DNA of 11,141 nucleotides from a virus (Duplodnaviria; Heunggongvirae; Uroviricota; Caudoviricetes): IMG/VR virus record IMGVR_UViG_2529293240_000017; one strand, 5' to 3'. Shown piece by piece: positions 7,082 to 11,141 of this stretch (position 1 is its first letter; each line of letters starts with the position of its first letter). The notes under the pieces were generated by a model. It saw only the letters and a program-made list of their open reading frames with translations, ran no database searches and was not told where the DNA came from. The position numbers and the translations under genes were made by a program.

Positions 7082-8053
7082 TTACCCAAGCACGCCAGTT
7101 GCAAAGGCGTGATCAAGAAAACGAAAAATTAAATCAACCTGAGAACCATGCTTTTCTTCGAACGCCAGAGGATCCGCATGAAGCTCGTTGTGATGCTCCC
7201 GACACAGCGGTAGCGTGAAAATATCGTGAGATTTTGTCCCCATTCCGCCCTGACCATGACCAATCAGGTGATGGGGATCGTCGGCTGGCTTACCACAACA
7301 CGCACACGGCTGTGTCTTCACCCAGCGTTTGTATTTCTCGTTAACCCAGCGGCGACGTTTAGGTCGTTTCATGAAAGATTCCGGAGACTCAGGATCAACG
7401 GCAATGCTGACCACCGTCTTTTCCTGTGGTGGGTTCTGTTGCTGGTGGGCGTGAGGCAGCGGCGCAAGATTTTTTGTGCGCTGTTTCAGTATGCTGGTGG
7501 CGGTCTGCTCTCCCGGTACGATGTCGCTTTCACGGTACATTGAGCGGATTTTTTCCGCACGCAACCCCAGCGAACGACGTAATACCGCTTCCGGTAGCGC
7601 GTCCGCCACCTGATTGCGGACCGCCCACCAGGATAATTCAGCTAGAGATAATTCACGCTCCTGCGTACCGCTTATTGCGTGACCGATGACGTCAATCATC
7701 CATGCTGACAGGTTTTGATGAGCAAGTTGCTCGAGTGATTCGGATGTCTGGTCACGCAGCTGGTTGTCGCAGTGCCAGCACAACACCATTGCGCCGGTAC
7801 CATAACGGTGAATGACGGTTTCGCTGTGATGATAATCGCCGTGTGGCCACTGGCAGGATTTAATATGGCGCAACAGCCAGTCAGACAATGCACCAGCACC
7901 ACCAGCAGCACGAATCACCCGTGCGTTACTGAAAAACGGCAGCAATGTTTTGTCTTCCACCAGCGGCTGGCGAGCGGCAGGAACGACCCCGGACGGCAGA
8001 TTACGCATGCTTTTCGGTTCCGGAACCAGAACAGGTCGAAGTAATACCCGCAC
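7082..8053 (-). CDS. DUF968-family prophage protein with C-terminal HNH-like nuclease motif (YdfU-like)
   Basis: 323-aa ORF from a GTG start. C-terminus CACCGKPADDPHHLIGHGQGG...CREHHNELH is an HNH-type motif. Occupies the ydfU position of the Qin gene order. Confidence 0.65.
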   Translation of the reverse strand: MRVLLRPVLVPEPKSMRNLPSGVVPAARQPLVEDKTLLPFFSNARVIRAAGGAGALSDWLLRHIKSCQWPHGDYHHSETVIHRYGTGAMVLCWHCDNQLRDQTSESLEQLAHQNLSAWMIDVIGHAISGTQERELSLAELSWWAVRNQVADALPEAVLRRSLGLRAEKIRSMYRESDIVPGEQTATSILKQRTKNLAPLPHAHQQQNPPQEKTVVSIAVDPESPESFMKRPKRRRWVNEKYKRWVKTQPCACCGKPADDPHHLIGHGQGGMGTKSHDIFTLPLCREHHNELHADPLAFEEKHGSQVDLIFRFLDHAFATGVLG

Positions 8054-8054
8054 G

Positions 8055-8333
8055 TTACCTCCAGATCCGTTGCTGGAATGTGCGGGACGGACGCGGTGGC
8101 TGTTCGGAGTAAGGGAGCCTGACGGAGATTATCCAGTGACGGTAGTCGAGGCTAAGGGCTTTTTTAACCTCGCATCCGCGCCTGCGGTAACACTGAATGA
8201 GCCATTCGGCCTGTTCTTCAGTGCATGAGGGATGCTGGTACCAGTCTGACTTAAATGCATGAGAATACCGCTCGTGCGTGTGGGCAAGAACGGTCGAATT
8301 ATCATGATTGTAATATTTTGCGTTGCGTGCCAT
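8055..8333 (-). CDS. hypothetical prophage protein, 92 aa
   Basis: ATG-initiated ORF whose stop lies 1 nt from the GTG start of the DUF968 gene. The C-terminal ~20 residues are Pro/Arg-rich and look non-native. Confidence 0.4.
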   Translation of the reverse strand: MARNAKYYNHDNSTVLAHTHERYSHAFKSDWYQHPSCTEEQAEWLIQCYRRRGCEVKKALSLDYRHWIISVRLPYSEQPPRPSRTFQQRIWR

Positions 8334-8399
8334 CGGTTTTCTCCGGTGGCACGGTGTTACTCAGCGGGAGTTCAGCCCCGCGCAAGATTGTAGATGAGT

Positions 8400-8650
8400 T
8401 TATTCTTCTGAAAAAGCAGAAAAGCCAGCTTTTATTCCGATCTCTTTCAATGCCTGTAATGAAGTGACAAACTCACCGTCGCGCAAGATAAATCCGTCCG
8501 TCACTCGGGCATCCACAAAATTAATTAACGCAGCCCCATTTTTTTGCAAACACACAATGCGGTAATGACTAACAATATTTCCATTTTCAACGCACACAGC
8601 ATAGAGGCCATCTTCACAAAAATTTTACGCAGTTCTTCGATGTTCATCAT
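8400..8650 (-). pseudogene. rem: rem-like small prophage gene interrupted by a 1-bp frameshift in a homopolymer
   Basis: ATG frame from 8650 reads MMNIEELRKIF and stops after 41 codons. Track ORF 8400..8597 continues in another frame (...CVENGNIVSHYRIV...). One extra base in the plus-strand A5 run at 8608-8612 would give a single ~83-aa ORF. Confidence 0.5.
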
Positions 8651-8767
8651 CAGAATCCTTCCAGATAAGTAGCACTCCCCTGTTCGGGGTCCATCCCTTT
8701 TATCCCTGCGCGCTACTTAAGTATTTTTGATTCTATTCCGGCACCATCCAGAACTTCAAATGCGTTG

Positions 8768-8798
8768 AAAATAAAACAAAAACCCGCCGAAGCGGGTT
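8768..8798 (-). terminator. intrinsic terminator of the relB-relE-hokD operon
   Basis: Stem AACCCGC/GCGGGTT with loop CGAA (8781-8798), followed on the minus strand by UUUUUGUUUUAUUUU. Confidence 0.75.
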
Positions 8799-8866
8799 AA
8801 GTGCGGGTGCGTTGAGGATGCCTGCCACATCAGAGGTGGCGAGGGATTTCTCACTCGCCGGGTCTC

Positions 8867-9022
8867 TTACTCCTCAGGTTCGTAAGCTGTGAAGACAGCG
8901 ACCTCCGTCTGGCCGGTTCGGATTCGTACCTCGCAGAGGTCTTTCCTCGTTACCAGTGCCGTCACTATGACGGTTAAACAGATGACGATCAGGGCGATTA
9001 ACATCGCCTTTTGCTGCTTCAT
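8867..9022 (-). CDS. hokD: Hok-family type I membrane toxin (HokD/RelF)
   Basis: 51-aa ORF translated by hand: MKQQKAMLIALIVICLTVIVTALVTRKDLCEVRIRTGQTEVAVFTAYEPEE. Below the length cut-off of the ORF track. Confidence 0.85.
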   Translation of the reverse strand: MKQQKAMLIALIVICLTVIVTALVTRKDLCEVRIRTGQTEVAVFTAYEPEE

Positions 9023-9093
9023 AGCCTGCTTCTCCTGTCAACGCAAAGCAGAAGTGTCACCTTCGGTGCGAAACAGAGATGTCATGCTTTGGT

Positions 9094-9381
9094 TCAGAGA
9101 ATGCGTTTGACCGCCTCGCTATATACTTCCGAGCGTTCTCTTTTCCCAACAGAAATCACGAAAACGACAACTTTCTCGTCTATAACCTGGTATACAAGGC
9201 GATAGCCTGAAGACCGGAGCTTAATCTTGTAACAATCAGGCATACCACGGAGCTTGTTTGCTTCAATCCGGGGTGACTCAAGTACTTCAACCAGCTTCTT
9301 TTTCAACTGTTCACGTACCGTCGAGCCCAGCTTTCGCCATTCCTTTAGTGCCCGCTCGTCAAAATCCAGAAAATACGCCAT
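9094..9381 (-). CDS. relE: RelE mRNA-interferase toxin
   Basis: 95-aa ORF MAYFLDFDERALKEWRKLGSTVREQLKKKL...VISVGKRERSEVYSEAVKRIL, matching E. coli RelE as recalled. Start overlaps the relB stop (ATGA). Confidence 0.95.
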   Translation of the reverse strand: MAYFLDFDERALKEWRKLGSTVREQLKKKLVEVLESPRIEANKLRGMPDCYKIKLRSSGYRLVYQVIDEKVVVFVISVGKRERSEVYSEAVKRIL

Positions 9382-9620
9382 CAGAGTTCATCCAGCGTCA
9401 CACGTACTGGCTTAGGATTACGAAGCCGTTCTTTCACTATCTCCACAAGTTCAGCATCTTCATCGCTCAGGAGTGTCTGTTTGAACGGCAAGCGTTCATT
9501 GTCAGCGATATACTCGAGCATGAGACGAAGCGCTTCAGAAGGAGTTACACCCATTTTTTCAAGCGCGGCGTAAGAACGCGCTTTAAGTTCATCGTCAATA
9601 CGCAGGTTAATGCTACCCAT
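9381..9620 (-). CDS. relB: RelB antitoxin
   Basis: 79-aa ORF MGSINLRIDDELKARSYAALEKMGVTPSEALRLMLEYIADNERLPFKQ... Confidence 0.95.
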   Translation of the reverse strand: MGSINLRIDDELKARSYAALEKMGVTPSEALRLMLEYIADNERLPFKQTLLSDEDAELVEIVKERLRNPKPVRVTLDEL

Positions 9621-9700
9621 GTCTTACACCTCTTGTAATTACAAATGTCATTACAAGTATCGCACTACAACATGCTTAGGGCAAGTCACGAAGGAAGTCA
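9621..9700 (-). promoter_or_regulatory. relBE promoter and operator (relO)
   Basis: Palindromic half-sites CTTGTAATTACAA and TGTCATTACAAG at 9632-9657, immediately upstream of the relB ATG. Minus-strand -35 TTGCCC and -10 GATACT with 17-bp spacing. Confidence 0.7.
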
Positions 9701-9912
9701 GAAAGTAGTCGTAAGAACGGTGATCACTGTCCGCTTTGTGCCAGGAGCAGCCATTGCTAAGTCTATCCTGTATTGTGCAGGTCAGCTCTTTTTTAAAGAG
9801 TCCGGCCATCATCTTACTGGTTAGACTGGCCCCCTGAATCTCCAGACAACCAGTATCACTTATTTAAGTGATAGTCTTAATACTAGTTTTTAGACTAGTC
9901 ATTGGAGAACAG

Positions 9913-10278
9913 ATGATTGATGTCTTAGGGCCGGAGAAACGCAGACGGCGTACCACACAGGAAAAGATCGCAATTGTTCAGCAGAGCTTTGAACCGGGGA
10001 TGACGGTCTCCCTCGTTGCCCGGCAACATGGTGTAGCAGCCAGCCAGTTATTTCTCTGGCGTAAGCAATACCAGGAAGGAAGTCTTACTGCTGTGGCCGC
10101 CGGAGAACAGGTTGTTCCTGCCTCTGAACTTGCTGCCGCCATGAAGCAGATTAAAGAACTCCAGCGCCTGCTCGGCAAGAAAACGATGGAAAATGAACTC
10201 CTCAAAGAAGCCGTTGAATATGGACGGGCAAAAAAGTGGATAGCGCACGCGCCCTTATTGCCCGGGGATGGGGAGTAA
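9913..10278 (+). CDS. insC: IS2 OrfA (InsC)
   Basis: ATG at 9913 gives the 121-aa [13 protein letters not shown]... product. The track ORF 9868..10278 is an upstream extension from a non-ATG start. Confidence 0.9.
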
Positions 10279-11141
10279 GCTTAGTCAGCCGTTGTCTCCG
10301 GGTGTCGCGTGCGCAGTTGCACGTCATTCTCAGACGAACCGATGACTGGATGGATGGCCGCCGCAGTCGTCACACTGATGATACGGATGTGCTTCTCCGT
10401 ATACACCATGTTATCGGAGAGCTGCCCACGTATGGTTATCGTCGGGTATGGGCGCTGCTTCGCAGACAGGCAGAACTTGATGGTATGCCTGCGATCAATG
10501 CCAAACGTGTTTACCGGATCATGCGCCAGAATGCGCTGTTGCTTGAGCGAAAACCTGCTGTACCGCCATCGAAACGGGCACATACAGGCAGAGTGGCCGT
10601 GAAAGAAAGCAATCAGCGATGGTGCTCTGACGGGTTCGAGTTCTGCTGTGATAACGGAGAGAGACTGCGTGTCACGTTCGCGCTGGACTGCTGTGATCGT
10701 GAGGCACTGCACTGGGCGGTGACTACCGGCGGCTTCAACAGTGAAACAGTACAGGACGTCATGCTGGGAGCGGTGGAACGCCGCTTCGGCAACGATCTTC
10801 CGTCGTCTCCAGTGGAGTGGCTGACGGATAATGGTTCATGCTACCGGGCTAATGAAACACGCCAGTTCGCCCGGATGTTGGGACTTGAACCGAAGAACAC
10901 GGCGGTGCGGAGTCCGGAGAGTAACGGAATAGCAGAGAGCTTCGTGAAAACGATAAAGCGTGACTACATCAGTATCATGCCCAAACCAGACGGGTTAACG
11001 GCAGCAAAGAACCTTGCAGAGGCGTTCGAGCATTATAACGAATGGCATCCGCATAGTGCGCTGGGTTATCGCTCGCCACGGGAATATCTGCGGCAGCGGG
11101 CTTGTAATGGGTTAAGTGATAACAGATGTCTGGAAATATAG
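10236..11141 (+). CDS. insD: IS2 transposase OrfB (InsD)
   Basis: 301-aa ORF identical to 1181-2086. The stop TAG is the last three bases of the window. Confidence 0.9.

Larger units (their letters stand above)
9822..11141 (+). mobile_element. IS2 copy 3, IRL at 9822, last ~11 bp of IRR beyond the window end
   Basis: Begins TAGACTGGCCCCCTGAATCTCCAGACAACC. insC and insD are identical in protein sequence to copy 2. Confidence 0.9.

Noticed and set aside
6623-8228. Plus-strand and overlapping minus-strand ORFs within Q, rusA and the DUF968 gene (6623..6811, 6780..6974, 6876..7076, 7226..7543, 7426..7689, 7696..7911, 7772..8044, 7950..8228)
   Set aside because: All overlap genes with clear family signatures and are typical shadow ORFs.
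8255-9638. Plus-strand ORFs 8255..8467, 8889..9110, 9011..9205 and 9258..9638
   Set aside because: Antisense to rem, hokD, relE and relB, which are confidently identified.
9978-10712. Track ORFs inside IS2 copy 3 (9978..10205 -, 10048..10248 -, 10281..10712 -, 10309..10602 +)
   Set aside because: They are the same shadow ORFs as in copy 2 and overlap insC/insD.
1-11141. CRISPR arrays, rRNA genes, integrase or attachment sites
   Set aside because: No regularly spaced direct repeats, no rRNA-like sequence and no tyrosine-recombinase ORF were seen. The prophage ends are outside this window or were removed by the IS elements.

Overview
This window is a mosaic of insertion sequences and a truncated lambdoid (Qin-like) prophage segment; all identifications are from reading the sequence and from memory of protein families, with no searches run. 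Positions 1-3316 hold two consecutive IS2::IS600-like modules: a partial IS2 (1-322) abutting the 3' part of an IS600-like element (323-1076), then a full IS2 (1170-2499) abutting a second IS600-like 3' part (2500-3316). Positions 3298-9700 carry prophage genes, all on the minus strand. Reading in transcription order these are relB-relE-hokD, a frameshifted rem, a 92-aa ORF, a DUF968/HNH protein, RusA, a Q antiterminator, a pR'/tR' late-promoter module, tRNA-Ile2(CAU), a degenerate tRNA-like element, tRNA-Arg(UCU), an AT-rich ~1.5 kb cargo slot, a DUF1737 gene, and an S21-type holin truncated by the IS600-like end. A third IS2 (9822-11141, plus strand) runs off the window. No CRISPR array or rRNA is present. 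The only candidate for something undescribed is the cargo slot (3989-5479), which holds uncharacterised ORFs rich in the rare codons read by the adjacent tRNAs, plus a GC-rich structured island; I cannot assign it a function.
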